Positions 1 through 10,391 of a DNA stretch of 38,277 nt are shown here, in pieces. The position numbers were made by a program, and so were the translations under genes. The notes below the pieces were generated by a model, which was not told the DNA's origin, ran no database searches, and worked only from the letters and a program-made list of their open reading frames with translations. The stretch is from a virus. Every line of letters starts with the position of its first letter. Position 1 is the stretch's first letter. The stretch is from UHGV virus genome UHGV-0391791. One strand, 5' to 3'.

Positions 1-1262
1 ACCTTCGCAGACAGATACATGGTTCCAAGATCAGAGAACGATGACAGCAACGCGGATCCGAGTCTGCTGGCAACCAGCCAGTTGCGGATATTGTCAGACC
101 ATCGCGCGATGTGCGGATTCGCTACAGGCTGTGTCTTTCCGGAAATAAAGTTGTACAGATTCTCTGTGTTGTTCGCCAGCCGCTCGACTTTACCGGTTTT
201 ACTCGGGTTAGCTGTTGCCGTTTCTGCCTTCACCTGATCAAGAAGAGAGCGGAAAACATGATCGGGGTTTGGGCCATATGTTTCCACCAGTGCAATATCT
301 TTACTGATACCTTCCAGGTGACCGACCATGATTTCCCATAGAGAGCGATCGCCATAAAGTTGCTGATATTGAAGATAGGAATCTGCATCTTTGAAATGTA
401 TCTGTCGTGATGCATTACCACGGTTAGCACGTGCGCCGGAAATTCGCATTCCGGTATCAGTAAGCTTATTCAACCCACCAGTAGCGATCGTGTTATAAGC
501 CTCTCCAAGAAATGCAGACAACTCGGCATCGTTCATCAGTTGTCCATCGGCTCGGGTATAATATTTGCGATCCAGCTTACCTATAACATCGCTAACCCAT
601 TTATCTTTTGATACCGCCCCAACCTTTTCCATAGAATGATGTTGAGGGATCCCCCAGTTTTCGAGATAGCCAATGTCCCCACCAGCATCATTAAACCGGC
701 GGCGCAGCAGCTCTGTAACTTCTCTCCACGCCTTAGCACCTTTTCTTGCTTTAGCATTGCCAGTATTTTGCCCCCGCATTTCATATACCAGGTCACGTAC
801 GCCAGCTTCATCTTCAAACAGACCAAAAAAGCGAGGATCAACTGCTTCGAATGCCTCCTGCAATTGACTCAATGCATAATCACGGGTGGCTTTTGTTCTG
901 GATTCAACAGAGAGGAAATTCGATTTACCGTCTGCATTAAAAGCAATAGTACGGTTAAGAGCGCCAAGTTTCCCATCAGCCCCTTGATAGCTATTGATAA
1001 ATTTATCCAATCTCTGACGTGCGGCTATAGTGAGGGCCACACGACGTTTCTTTAATGCCGCTTCTCGCTGTAATTCTTCAGATGCCAATTGTGCTGCACG
1101 ATATAGCCGCTCTGATTCGGAAAGTTGTCTCCACGACATCGGGTCATCACGAGCAATAGAGCGCATATTTCGATAAATGCGGTCTTCAATGTTCTGTATT
1201 TCTCGCGCCGTTAACGTGCGCTGCGCCGCCTGCTGGACCGCTTGTATACATTCCTGTCTCAT
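1..1262 (-). CDS. Internal virion/ejection protein, N-terminal part; ORF starts at ATG 1262..1260 and runs off the left edge with no stop
   Basis: Not in the ORF track because it is edge-truncated. Manual minus-strand translation from 1262 (MRQECIQAVQQAAQRTL...) is open to position 1. In frame with the ORF at the right window end if the sequence is circular. Confidence 0.5.
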   Translation of the reverse strand, partial: MRQECIQAVQQAAQRTLTAREIQNIEDRIYRNMRSIARDDPMSWRQLSESERLYRAAQLASEELQREAALKKRRVALTIAARQRLDKFINSYQGADGKLGALNRTIAFNADGKSNFLSVESRTKATRDYALSQLQEAFEAVDPRFFGLFEDEAGVRDLVYEMRGQNTGNAKARKGAKAWREVTELLRRRFNDAGGDIGYLENWGIPQHHSMEKVGAVSKDKWVSDVIGKLDRKYYTRADGQLMNDAELSAFLGEAYNTIATGGLNKLTDTGMRISGARANRGNASRQIHFKDADSYLQYQQLYGDRSLWEIMVGHLEGISKDIALVETYGPNPDHVFRSLLDQVKAETATANPSKTGKVERLANNTENLYNFISGKTQPVANPHIARWSDNIRNWLVASRLGSALLSSFSDLGTMYLSAK

Positions 1263-1267
1263 TTAAT

Positions 1268-3070
1268 TTAACCTCTCAAGAAACACGCCACAGCGACATC
1301 AAACAGGCTGGAATCCTGTATTGCCTGCTCACTTTCCCTGTTCGCTTCATCCAGTACTTCACGCGCGCTGCGCGATTGTGGATTACCATCATCATCCAGC
1401 ACGGTGATTATCATGTCAGGTGATTCAAGCAGCGAGTCTTCAGCTATGCGCAGATCAATATCTCCTGCCTTATCTGACATCATTTTTTGTTCTGCCTGTT
1501 GCAATATTTTATCAGGCTCAAAAGGAGCTACTTCGTCTGGCGTCCTGACCTCTGCTGTTTTATAGAATGAAACAGCCTGAGCATTAAGTTCACTTTCTGC
1601 CTGCTGTCTCCGAGCCAGTTCTGCTCGAGCTTCAAAAAGCTGACCGCCAGGCTCGTGCGGTGCCAACGCGTTACGGGAAAATTCCAGGCGTTCTTGTGCC
1701 TGCCGGATTCGTTGATCAATATCGCGAAGTCTGGCCTGTTTATCTGATCGAGCACGAGACAAAGCTTTACCGCTACCGGTTGGCTCTTCTGCAAGAATTT
1801 GTGCACGCTGTTCAGTGAGATTTTCAATAATTCGTTGGCTATTAGCGATTTCAGACTGGTAAACCTGTCTATCTCCACGCGGCAAAAGCTGCGCGGCCTG
1901 TTCTTCAAGCAACCGATTTTCTATAGCGCGCGCCGTTACTCCATCATCTACAGATGACAGAGCCTCATTAACTGCCTGAGACAGCAGACTCTTGCGCCCA
2001 GGAATTTCACTGAAAGATGCAGACTCAACAATGCTGGCAACGTCTACAGGTCTCCCCTGGCTAACATCAGACATAGCTTTTCGCAGAGCCTGAATGTGAG
2101 AATTGCGCGAAAGCACGTTGATCGGCACGCCGGGCGCAATATCAATTTCAGCATGATGAGCGGCATTCGCCGCCAGTGCAGCATCGATATCAACTGGTGA
2201 AAAATTTGGTGCGTTTGTAGACTCGCCGCGAGAGTTAATAAATCTGCCGACACCACCAAACGCCACCCCAAGAACAGCATCAATAGCAATTGCCTGTCGA
2301 TCCAACACATCATACTGGTTAGCCATTTCGCTATAGCCACCATCACGAAGCGTTTTTGCAGTAAGCCCACGCTGTGCCATACCGAACGCAATATTTGTAC
2401 CTGCGGCATAGGCAATATCTGGCGTTGCACGTACTGCTGTTGCTGCGGCGCGTCGTACTGAACTTTCACCCGTCCGCGCGAGCTGAGCCGCCACACCTTC
2501 CGCCAGCGCACCACCAGCACGTAACCCGAGGCTCATAGGGATCAATGTCCCGGCCCCAGCAGTAATGCCCTGCACTAATCCCGCTTCCTGCGCTGTCCTG
2601 AAATCAACACCCTGTGCTGTCAGCCGTTCAAACTCAGAAAAACCCTGTAGCGAAGTTACCGCCGCTGCACCTCCGACAGGACCACCGAGCGTTGTACCGA
2701 CAACAGCCTGCCCGCCCATATCGAACAACCCATAAAGAACCTGCCCGGCGGTTCCGGTTGTCGCGGCATCAGGCGTCAGCCGCTTAACCTGCTGCTCTGC
2801 TAGTTTTCTCTGCTCGGCAATGTATGAAACTGAAGTGTCATTGAGCGAGGTGTTTTCGTTAACAAACTGAGCAATCGGGGATACGATTTTATCCATCCCT
2901 GCCCATAGCAACTGATCTGGCTTTGCCACCAGCCCGGAGTACAAACCAGACAATGCCGCTCCTACAGCATTGTCGAAAAAACCAACATCGCTGTTAAAGC
3001 CAGCTGGATTTGATACTGCTTCGTCAAGCTGCTGATTCTGGTTTACTGGATTAAGGCCAAAGTAACTCAT
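1268..3070 (-). CDS. Internal virion/ejection protein (600 aa), Gly/Ala-rich central segment
   Basis: Track ORF; lies in the run of large genes downstream of the tail tube genes; start overlaps upstream gene stop (3067..3070), typical translational coupling. Confidence 0.55.
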   Translation of the reverse strand: MSYFGLNPVNQNQQLDEAVSNPAGFNSDVGFFDNAVGAALSGLYSGLVAKPDQLLWAGMDKIVSPIAQFVNENTSLNDTSVSYIAEQRKLAEQQVKRLTPDAATTGTAGQVLYGLFDMGGQAVVGTTLGGPVGGAAAVTSLQGFSEFERLTAQGVDFRTAQEAGLVQGITAGAGTLIPMSLGLRAGGALAEGVAAQLARTGESSVRRAAATAVRATPDIAYAAGTNIAFGMAQRGLTAKTLRDGGYSEMANQYDVLDRQAIAIDAVLGVAFGGVGRFINSRGESTNAPNFSPVDIDAALAANAAHHAEIDIAPGVPINVLSRNSHIQALRKAMSDVSQGRPVDVASIVESASFSEIPGRKSLLSQAVNEALSSVDDGVTARAIENRLLEEQAAQLLPRGDRQVYQSEIANSQRIIENLTEQRAQILAEEPTGSGKALSRARSDKQARLRDIDQRIRQAQERLEFSRNALAPHEPGGQLFEARAELARRQQAESELNAQAVSFYKTAEVRTPDEVAPFEPDKILQQAEQKMMSDKAGDIDLRIAEDSLLESPDMIITVLDDDGNPQSRSAREVLDEANRESEQAIQDSSLFDVAVACFLRG

Positions 3071-5580
3071 TGCGGAATATCTCCGGAGAATCTCTGACGC
3101 TTCTGTGTCAGATCAAGAACAACAGGAGAACCATCATCCTTCAGCAGATATCCAGTCCCAAGTTTTACCAGGTACTGACTATCGCCGTAACTTTGCAAAC
3201 CATACTGACCAGGCGGTGTTTTTATCCCTGTGCCGACAACTTGTTCATTCCAAGCCTGATTAACCTGCTTATCGAATTGCTCTGCAGACATTCCCCACGG
3301 CAAAAGGACATTCCCCATTCCGTTATAGTCATGCACGCCACCTGTAGCTACGTTAACAGCCTGTTTCCAGATATCATTGTCAATTTCGCCTGATACCACG
3401 CCTTTTTTCGCCATCACACCAGCGTAATAGTCCTTTGCGATCTCGTATGCCATTGATGCCCCCTGAGCATCACCAGCAAATGCATCCTTCACCATGTCAG
3501 AAAACTCAAGGCGAAGATCAGCATCTTTAGGCATCGGAATACCTTTCGCATCATCAGTACCTTTACGAGCCGCCGCGCCAGCAAGAATTGTCTGCGCAGC
3601 GGTTTCAGGTGACACGGAAACATCCGGATTAAACCAGTTTTTTTCTGCCAAAATACCACCAGGTTTATCCATCAGTATCCCGGCAACGGCAGCAGATGGA
3701 GCGTTGGCACTGATCTGCTGTAGTGCTGACATATACACCTGCCCACCACCAGTGCTTTGCCTGATGGTATCGAGATATGCTGCCTGTTGGGAAACGGGCG
3801 CATCACGAAAGAAAACACCGATCTGATTGGCCTCGTCTTTGGAAAAGAACGTCAGTGGAGTGCCATATGACTTGGCAAGGTCACTGACCTGAGCGGCACG
3901 CAAGGCAACGCTCTGTCCAAAGTTATCCTTATTGCTCATGTCGATAGGCTTTGCCTGTCCGGCGGCAAGAGAGAACTGCACAGGATCCGACTGCCGCTGC
4001 TTTATCACCTGATTTGCAGCCGAAACAACGTTGTCATAAAGAGCTGCGCGTGCCGCATACCCCTCCCCTGTCTCACCAGTATCCGGGCGTAATTGCTCAA
4101 CATATGCTGTAATGCTGCTTGTCGGCATGTTGCGGAAAGAGCCTATATACTGTCCGGCGATCTGCGTATTTCTGAACTCGGTATATCGCAGGTTTCCTTC
4201 TCTGACGCCATAAGCTGCAATAAAATCAGCCTCACCAGGTGGATTAGGAAATTCAACGCCACGCATATACGCAGCCGTCGCATCGCGAACCTGGCTGTCA
4301 ATCATCGTTTTATATTCAGCCTGCTGCTGCCGACGCAGTTGATCCGCCTGTCGCATATAACTTGCCTGCGCCTCAGGAGATGCCGCATCGAATGCTGCAT
4401 TACCGGTATAGCGTTTGGTGTTGGTTGGAATTGTTGATAAACCAAGTGCTGCACTGACACCAGCAGTTAACTGCTGATCACTGTATGGCTGGCTACCGTT
4501 CTCATGATGGATAATGGCTGCACAAAGCGCCTTCAGGGTATCAGGATTTGATGCATCGAGAGGCTCATCAGCAGAAACGCCAAGTTGTTCGCACACTGCT
4601 TTGATATACGACATAGTGTCATTTTTATCAGTAGGCGGTGCCCAGCGATTAATTATCTCGCTGACTGTATCAATACCCTGCCGCTGATACGACATCAGGT
4701 TCCGCCCTAATGCACGAATCCCGTGTTCAGGTGTTTCGAATTTAGCAAATCGACCATCATCACCGGTCTGGCCTACCCACGGATTAGTTTTGCTGTATTC
4801 GAGATTTCCTGGGTTATTGTTGCGTATGCCACGGGCACGCTCGGAAGAGTCACTATCTGCTACAGCACGGCGAGCTCCAGCAGCAGTATCACTTAACTCG
4901 CCATTACTTTGGATGAATGCGGTCGCATTGTTTGCCGACCACTGGGACAATGCAGCATCAGCAACCTTCTCTTTAAACTCGATTTTCTTGGCCTGGATTT
5001 GCTCGTCACTCCAGCCATGTGCAATGCCGTAATCCTCAATTTGCTGGAAAGTTTGCTTATTAGCCAATACGTATGCGGCGTTGTCGCCATACAATGCTGC
5101 GGCATTTTTACCATTGTTCAGCAGCGCAGCCTGAAACTGGCCTTCTTCGTAGGCATTTATTTGCCCTATCTCGTGCCGCCCTGCCTGCGTAGTGAACTGA
5201 ATGCGCTGCTGCTGCGCCTGCTGCATGAAAGCATTACGAGCCTGTTCATCCGGCAGCGACATAGCCAGTTGTTCGACCTGAGCATCAAACTGCTGCGTAT
5301 ACTCCTGACCTTTTCCAATAGCATTTTTCCCTTTCAGGTTAAGCAATCCTGTTTCAGGATTATTCAGCAGATCGCTGCTTATCTGGCTTAAGCTAAGAGA
5401 AGCATCCTGAGCCATAGCAACATTCGCACGCTGTTTTGCCTGCGCAATAATACCTGCATATTGCTCTGCAACATCGCCAAGTACATCACCGACATTTAGT
5501 GTCTGAAACGATGAGAATCCCTGCGTCGAAATCCCTCTGCTCTGAACCTGACGGCCCGATGTTGTTGGTACAACTGGCAT
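3067..5580 (-). CDS. Large internal virion protein (837 aa), in the position of T7 gp15-type core proteins; possible peptidoglycan-degrading segment
   Basis: Track ORF; size and position in the structural operon; central segment GIRNNNPGNLEYSKTNPWVGQ recalled as muralytic-like (unverified). Confidence 0.55.
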   Translation of the reverse strand: MPVVPTTSGRQVQSRGISTQGFSSFQTLNVGDVLGDVAEQYAGIIAQAKQRANVAMAQDASLSLSQISSDLLNNPETGLLNLKGKNAIGKGQEYTQQFDAQVEQLAMSLPDEQARNAFMQQAQQQRIQFTTQAGRHEIGQINAYEEGQFQAALLNNGKNAAALYGDNAAYVLANKQTFQQIEDYGIAHGWSDEQIQAKKIEFKEKVADAALSQWSANNATAFIQSNGELSDTAAGARRAVADSDSSERARGIRNNNPGNLEYSKTNPWVGQTGDDGRFAKFETPEHGIRALGRNLMSYQRQGIDTVSEIINRWAPPTDKNDTMSYIKAVCEQLGVSADEPLDASNPDTLKALCAAIIHHENGSQPYSDQQLTAGVSAALGLSTIPTNTKRYTGNAAFDAASPEAQASYMRQADQLRRQQQAEYKTMIDSQVRDATAAYMRGVEFPNPPGEADFIAAYGVREGNLRYTEFRNTQIAGQYIGSFRNMPTSSITAYVEQLRPDTGETGEGYAARAALYDNVVSAANQVIKQRQSDPVQFSLAAGQAKPIDMSNKDNFGQSVALRAAQVSDLAKSYGTPLTFFSKDEANQIGVFFRDAPVSQQAAYLDTIRQSTGGGQVYMSALQQISANAPSAAVAGILMDKPGGILAEKNWFNPDVSVSPETAAQTILAGAAARKGTDDAKGIPMPKDADLRLEFSDMVKDAFAGDAQGASMAYEIAKDYYAGVMAKKGVVSGEIDNDIWKQAVNVATGGVHDYNGMGNVLLPWGMSAEQFDKQVNQAWNEQVVGTGIKTPPGQYGLQSYGDSQYLVKLGTGYLLKDDGSPVVLDLTQKRQRFSGDIPQ

Positions 5581-5592
5581 CTTATTATCCCC

Positions 5593-6132
5593 TTATCGAC
5601 CGGTTGGAGTGCCAACAGCAGCAGAAATCGGCGCAGCCTTCTGAGAGAACGGGCTCCACGTTCCTCCGCCCATCTGGTATGCACCGTATGCTTTTAGTGG
5701 TGCCGTTAACAAAGTGCTGGTCATCGATGATTTAGCAGCCGACTGAGCAGCAGCCCCCTGTGCCCGAGCATTCATTCCCTGAACCTGATACCCATATGCC
5801 TCACGCTGAGCGTTATTCACTGTCGTTAACGCATCAAGAGTGCCGAACTGAGCATTATCCGCAAAAACGTCAAGAGCTGTTCCGCTACTTAATTCCGCAC
5901 CGGTAGCCCCCATAGTGGCCGCCGCAGTGCCTGAGCGTTGACGCATTTCACGACGACGCTGATCCGCTTCAATATTCCCACGATTGATTGAATCCTGTGC
6001 CTGAGCTTCAGCAATTTCAGCATTCCGATCAGCTATGGCTGACTGGTATTTTGCCTGCTTGCTCTGGCTGTACATTGACGCGGCTGTGGATGCCACTGTG
6101 ACGGCAACCAAAGCGATGGCTGGGTTACACAT
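5593..6132 (-). CDS. Small internal virion protein (179 aa) with N-terminal hydrophobic helix and Ala/Gln-rich body
   Basis: Track ORF; N-terminus AIALVAVTVASTAAS is hydrophobic; position equivalent to T7 gp14. Confidence 0.45.
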   Translation of the reverse strand: MCNPAIALVAVTVASTAASMYSQSKQAKYQSAIADRNAEIAEAQAQDSINRGNIEADQRRREMRQRSGTAAATMGATGAELSSGTALDVFADNAQFGTLDALTTVNNAQREAYGYQVQGMNARAQGAAAQSAAKSSMTSTLLTAPLKAYGAYQMGGGTWSPFSQKAAPISAAVGTPTGR

Positions 6133-6596
6133 TATTTTCTCTCCATGTGAAATCTGTGGAAATTAAGACCAAGAGCACCATAAGGCGCGGCTTCTTCAAG
6201 CCTGAATCCAAGCCAGTGCAGCCATGCTTTGGCAACGTGGTTTCGCTCGTCGACGTAGTTTTCCAGGCGCGGATAAACTGCCAGCATCTGCTGCAATACA
6301 GGGCGGCAGTGGCGAAGAAATGTCTTCTGATATTTTTCGATACGGCTGGTTCCGACCAGCCAGGGCGTACCATTGCCACCGATCATTGACGCCGGAGATA
6401 CGCCAAACATGGTTACCAGTTCTCCGTTCGCAAATCCTGACCAGGCCATAGTCGCAGTACGCAGACCAACACGCAGCGCATCTTCGGTAGTCATCAGCGA
6501 TACCGCATACAGTTCGTCAATATCAGCCTGACGAACATCCGGCAAAATCATCTGAAGATGCTCTTCGGTTGCGGGAATAATTTGAACATCGATCAT
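6132..6596 (-). CDS. Virion/tail-associated protein (154 aa)
   Basis: Track ORF; start abuts stop of the upstream tail tube B-like gene; structural operon context. Confidence 0.45.
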   Translation of the reverse strand: MIDVQIIPATEEHLQMILPDVRQADIDELYAVSLMTTEDALRVGLRTATMAWSGFANGELVTMFGVSPASMIGGNGTPWLVGTSRIEKYQKTFLRHCRPVLQQMLAVYPRLENYVDERNHVAKAWLHWLGFRLEEAAPYGALGLNFHRFHMERK

Positions 6597-9067
6597 CAGA
6601 ACCCCCCAACAGTAAGGCGAGGAATAACGGCAAGAACAGACAGCGGCAACGGGTCAAGCTGACGGATTTTTACACGTCCGTTTTTGCCCCAGTTACTGTC
6701 CAGTTTCACTTCTACTTTTCCGGTAGCATCATCAACAGGATCATCGTAGAACTCGAATTCACGCTGTGGATATTCGTACCATTTACCGCCAGGCGTAGTC
6801 GCCCAGATGCCGCGGCTGGCATTCACAACCAGAGTAACGGAGGGGATCACCTGTTTTTTGTCCAGCAGCGTTTCCTGTCCGTTAATGTTGATATCCAGTG
6901 TTTCGAATTCAGCAGTTATTGGCAGGCCGATGTGCACTACAGCCCCCGGAGATTCCAGTGTGACGGCACCTCCGGAAACAACTTTCTGTGGCTCAACATT
7001 CGCATCAGAAAGAATGTTTACGGTCTGGCCTTCAAGATGAGACAGGCCTCCAAATGTCCGGCGCGCCATCTGCCAGTTCGTGGTGGCCACATTCCTGAGG
7101 GATGGCGGGACGTTCCTGTTAGCACGAACCACTACAGCGGTATTGCTGGTTACAGAAATAATGTCGCAACGTAATTCTTTTGACACTTCATCGCCAGTAT
7201 CAGGATCAGTTCCGGTATAAGGGAACTGTAGTTGCGCGCCGACATCACTACTGGTGAAGTACGCACCACCAGAAACACTGATTGTATATTCCGCATGGTA
7301 ATCCCATTCACCAGAACCACCAGTGATGGTCATCGTTCTGTCAGACGTATTTCTTCCATCATAGCTAAGGCCAGAATCAACAAAGAAAGCATCTTCATCG
7401 CTGGTAAATAAACGGCTGGACAGTCGCTCGATGTATCTCACTGTTTGCCCGTTAACGGTTCGGTTAACGACGAAATACACCGCATCTTCATTGCCTTCGC
7501 TGATACTGCATGTGCTTTCATATTTTCCGGTACTGGATTGTGGTGCCCATGCAAAAACCTGCTGATCACGCAAATAGGTCATCACCAGTAATTTACCGTC
7601 ATCACGAATGCAGAAGGCACTGGAGTAAGGGACAATCGAGAAGCACCAGTCAACAATGCTGTGCTTCTGAAAAAGATGATTGGCAAGGATGGTCAGGTCG
7701 TTCCCCTGATAGCCGTCAACATCGAATGAGTAGGCCAGATCACGGACAACGCTGCCTTTCTCCTGGACGAACAGAGCAATATTCGCCACGGCAATTGGCG
7801 GGACGTTGCTTGAGCCATTTGATCCCTGAGAGCTGAATGCAAATGATGATGGGGTTAACACTTTGTTCTGGTCGCCGGTGATGACGTACTCACCTCCGGA
7901 AGTCAGCGCCACCAGAGAACCAACATCAATCAGGTGGCGGATCTCATTAACCTGACGTCCGGCATAGGTGTAGATAATTCTGTCGTCATCCTGCGTAGGA
8001 TTGCTTTTGCCAAAATCCTTATAATCCCCGGTACGGCTGGCCCAGATAGTCTGAGGAAACGCAGTCGATGCGGCGAAGTAAAGACGTTGTTGATAATAAA
8101 CAACAGTGCCAGGATAACCATTAACACTGTTCCAGGCATATTTAGCCCATTTATAGCTGGCATTATCCTCGCCAACGACCTGCGAAGGGATATAGGAAAT
8201 CACCTCAGCAGTTGCAGTAGTGCCATTTGCAGCAGTGATACGGGCAATGCCAAAACCACTGTGCAGATACTCCCACTCAATGCCAGTATCATCATCACCG
8301 GATCCGCCCCAGCCATCCCATGATGTGCCTTCTGTATGCGAAGGGCGCAAAGTACCTGTTTTGCCTGCTGTAACGGCGCGATAGTAGTTACTGTCTGCAC
8401 GGCGAATATCGCCAATCGACGTACTCTTACTGGTTTCCCATACCGGCACAGAATCCACTGCAGGCTGTTCCAGATAGAACAATTTGCCTACCTGCTCCGC
8501 GCCAAAAATAGAGGCGCTTGCCGTTAACGTAATTGTCCCGGTGCTGGCGCTGGCATAAACCGTCACTGACTCGTCAATATTGATATCTTCAAATGGCCCG
8601 TTCTTCGTTACCACATCAACCAGTTGCCAGTTGTCATGCGCATAGCGGCGCAACTCTTTCGGCGGGTATGCCGGATGAACCAGCGTAAGCACGTCTGCGC
8701 TTTGCGTGAATTTAATTCGGAACAGATCGGCTTCAGTATATGGCGTGGAAATTTCATAAATAACATTGCTGCTGTTCAGCACCAACGCACCATCTTTGAT
8801 AACGCGCATGTACTGGTGTCCGAACTCCAGAGCATAGGTCTGAACCGTCGAGAACTGGAACGGGATCAGGCGGCATTTCCGATTTGGGTATTTGGCGGCA
8901 CCGACAAAACGCGTACCAGGTCGATTCTCAACGCCGCCATACTGCCGCACGATAAAGTTATCGCACTTGCGCAATGCCACCTGGTACTTCGCCATGTCGA
9001 TACGACCGTACAACGACGGTCCAATCTCACCACCGGCAAAGCTGGGCTGTATCCAACTGATAGCCAT
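6596..9067 (-). CDS. Tail tubular protein B-like (823 aa)
   Basis: Track ORF; N-terminus MAISWIQPSFAGGEIGP follows the pattern recalled for T7 gp12 (MALISQSIKNLKGGISQQP); size close to gp12; directly follows the gp11-like gene. Confidence 0.6.
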   Translation of the reverse strand: MAISWIQPSFAGGEIGPSLYGRIDMAKYQVALRKCDNFIVRQYGGVENRPGTRFVGAAKYPNRKCRLIPFQFSTVQTYALEFGHQYMRVIKDGALVLNSSNVIYEISTPYTEADLFRIKFTQSADVLTLVHPAYPPKELRRYAHDNWQLVDVVTKNGPFEDINIDESVTVYASASTGTITLTASASIFGAEQVGKLFYLEQPAVDSVPVWETSKSTSIGDIRRADSNYYRAVTAGKTGTLRPSHTEGTSWDGWGGSGDDDTGIEWEYLHSGFGIARITAANGTTATAEVISYIPSQVVGEDNASYKWAKYAWNSVNGYPGTVVYYQQRLYFAASTAFPQTIWASRTGDYKDFGKSNPTQDDDRIIYTYAGRQVNEIRHLIDVGSLVALTSGGEYVITGDQNKVLTPSSFAFSSQGSNGSSNVPPIAVANIALFVQEKGSVVRDLAYSFDVDGYQGNDLTILANHLFQKHSIVDWCFSIVPYSSAFCIRDDGKLLVMTYLRDQQVFAWAPQSSTGKYESTCSISEGNEDAVYFVVNRTVNGQTVRYIERLSSRLFTSDEDAFFVDSGLSYDGRNTSDRTMTITGGSGEWDYHAEYTISVSGGAYFTSSDVGAQLQFPYTGTDPDTGDEVSKELRCDIISVTSNTAVVVRANRNVPPSLRNVATTNWQMARRTFGGLSHLEGQTVNILSDANVEPQKVVSGGAVTLESPGAVVHIGLPITAEFETLDININGQETLLDKKQVIPSVTLVVNASRGIWATTPGGKWYEYPQREFEFYDDPVDDATGKVEVKLDSNWGKNGRVKIRQLDPLPLSVLAVIPRLTVGGF

Positions 9068-9672
9068 CAGGACAACCTCGCAATGGTAAACTCGTCAACC
9101 GGTGGCTGTGGTTCCTGTGATTCATTCTGGCTATGCGAGCCAGCACTAAGAATCACGCGATTGTACATATTGAGGGCAAACGTACCGAGGTCTGCATTCC
9201 CAGTCAGCGCCATGTTAATAGCTGCCGCAAGACGCCAGGCCAACGCCTCCATAAAAATGGCATCAAACATGTTCACATCTGTAACGCGAGAGACATACTT
9301 GAGCCATGCCTGAGGCTGGTCTGTGTAGATCAACTTTCCTGTTCCGTTGGTGTCTACACCTACTTCGTACTGAACGCGCATTGCTGCTGTTGGATTGCGT
9401 ACACCAGGAAGCATAATTTCAGTAATGCGCAGACAATCGGACGGGTACTGATACGCATATTCCCAGTCAGGCGGTGGATTGCTCGTATCTGCCAGCGCCA
9501 CGCGTTTGGTAGCAAAGTTCCAGTCAAAATCAGAAAGCACAGCATCACGGCAGGCCTCAAAGTGCAGCGAACATTCCCCCGCTTCCTTGCTGGCTTCCGT
9601 CAGGCTGTTAATGCTGCGGCTATTGCCAATATTGGACAGCGCACGATTGCAGATCTCTACTACAGAGGCCAT
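9067..9672 (-). CDS. Tail tubular protein A / gatekeeper-like (201 aa)
   Basis: Track ORF; N-terminal pattern ...NRALSNIG...SINSL...DFDWNF resembles recalled T7 gp11 (...NDILASIGEPPVSTL...RGWTF); size about 200 aa. Confidence 0.55.
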   Translation of the reverse strand: MASVVEICNRALSNIGNSRSINSLTEASKEAGECSLHFEACRDAVLSDFDWNFATKRVALADTSNPPPDWEYAYQYPSDCLRITEIMLPGVRNPTAAMRVQYEVGVDTNGTGKLIYTDQPQAWLKYVSRVTDVNMFDAIFMEALAWRLAAAINMALTGNADLGTFALNMYNRVILSAGSHSQNESQEPQPPVDEFTIARLS

Positions 9673-10001
9673 TACTCACCCCCATTGCCGTACAGGGTTT
9701 CAGCCGCTGATTTTTCTACATCCCCGGAAACAGGAGCGATCGCCATATCAGTGATCTGCAGATCGGCGCTGCGATTAACACCATCGTCAGTTTCTCTGGC
9801 AGACAGGCCTCGAATAACAGCCTTTGCAGTTATCATCACTTCTGTTCCGACGCCCTGAGGTTGCGCCTTCAGCTTATTCAATGTGTCGTTATTAAGAGTG
9901 ATGCACAGCCCCCACGGGTATTCATCGCGAGTTCTGGTTTCTCCGCTCTCATCCTGGTAGCTGTCAGTGCCGGTTTTGAGGTTTACGAGTTCCATATACA
10001 C
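9672..10001 (-). CDS. Hypothetical head/neck protein (109 aa)
   Basis: Track ORF in structural operon; a GC hairpin (10012..10029) lies just upstream. Confidence 0.4.
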   Translation of the reverse strand: MYMELVNLKTGTDSYQDESGETRTRDEYPWGLCITLNNDTLNKLKAQPQGVGTEVMITAKAVIRGLSARETDDGVNRSADLQITDMAIAPVSGDVEKSAAETLYGNGGE

Positions 10002-10045
10002 TCCTGCAATAAAGGGGCCGAAGCCCCTTGTCTGATCCGCGAGGC

Positions 10046-10390
10046 TTACACGCCCAGTTCTTTACGCTTATCTGCGATCTTCTCGCGGAGCGTTTCGGCT
10101 TTGGCGTTATGGTGTGGCTTCTCGTTAAAGAGCAATTCGTACTCTTCACGGAGCTTATCCAGTTCACCATCATCTGACACATCGTTGATGATTTTGGTGC
10201 TGGTTGCTGCCATTGACTCTTTTCCTGCAACTTTTGCTTTTGCCTGTCTGGCTGCATCGTTAACAGGTTCCAGTGCGCTACCAGGCTCACCTTCGTATTC
10301 GATTTCTGCCCCCTCCGGCCACAGAGTGTTATGGATATGAGAGAGGCGCAGAACGCGGTATCTTGGTTTCTCACCTGACATCAATATCAC
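10046..10390 (-). CDS. Hypothetical charged structural-module protein (114 aa)
   Basis: Track ORF; starts 2 nt after the stop of the upstream gene; overlapping alternative-frame ORF 9964..10374 judged less likely. Confidence 0.4.
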   Translation of the reverse strand: MILMSGEKPRYRVLRLSHIHNTLWPEGAEIEYEGEPGSALEPVNDAARQAKAKVAGKESMAATSTKIINDVSDDGELDKLREEYELLFNEKPHHNAKAETLREKIADKRKELGV

Positions 10391-10391
10391 C

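Noticed and set aside
10012-10029. Hairpin AGGGGCC-gaa-GCCCCT between head genes as a terminator
   Set aside because: The minus-strand stem is good but the following U-tract is weak (TTATTG); it may be a partial or processing hairpin, so it is not listed as a confident feature.
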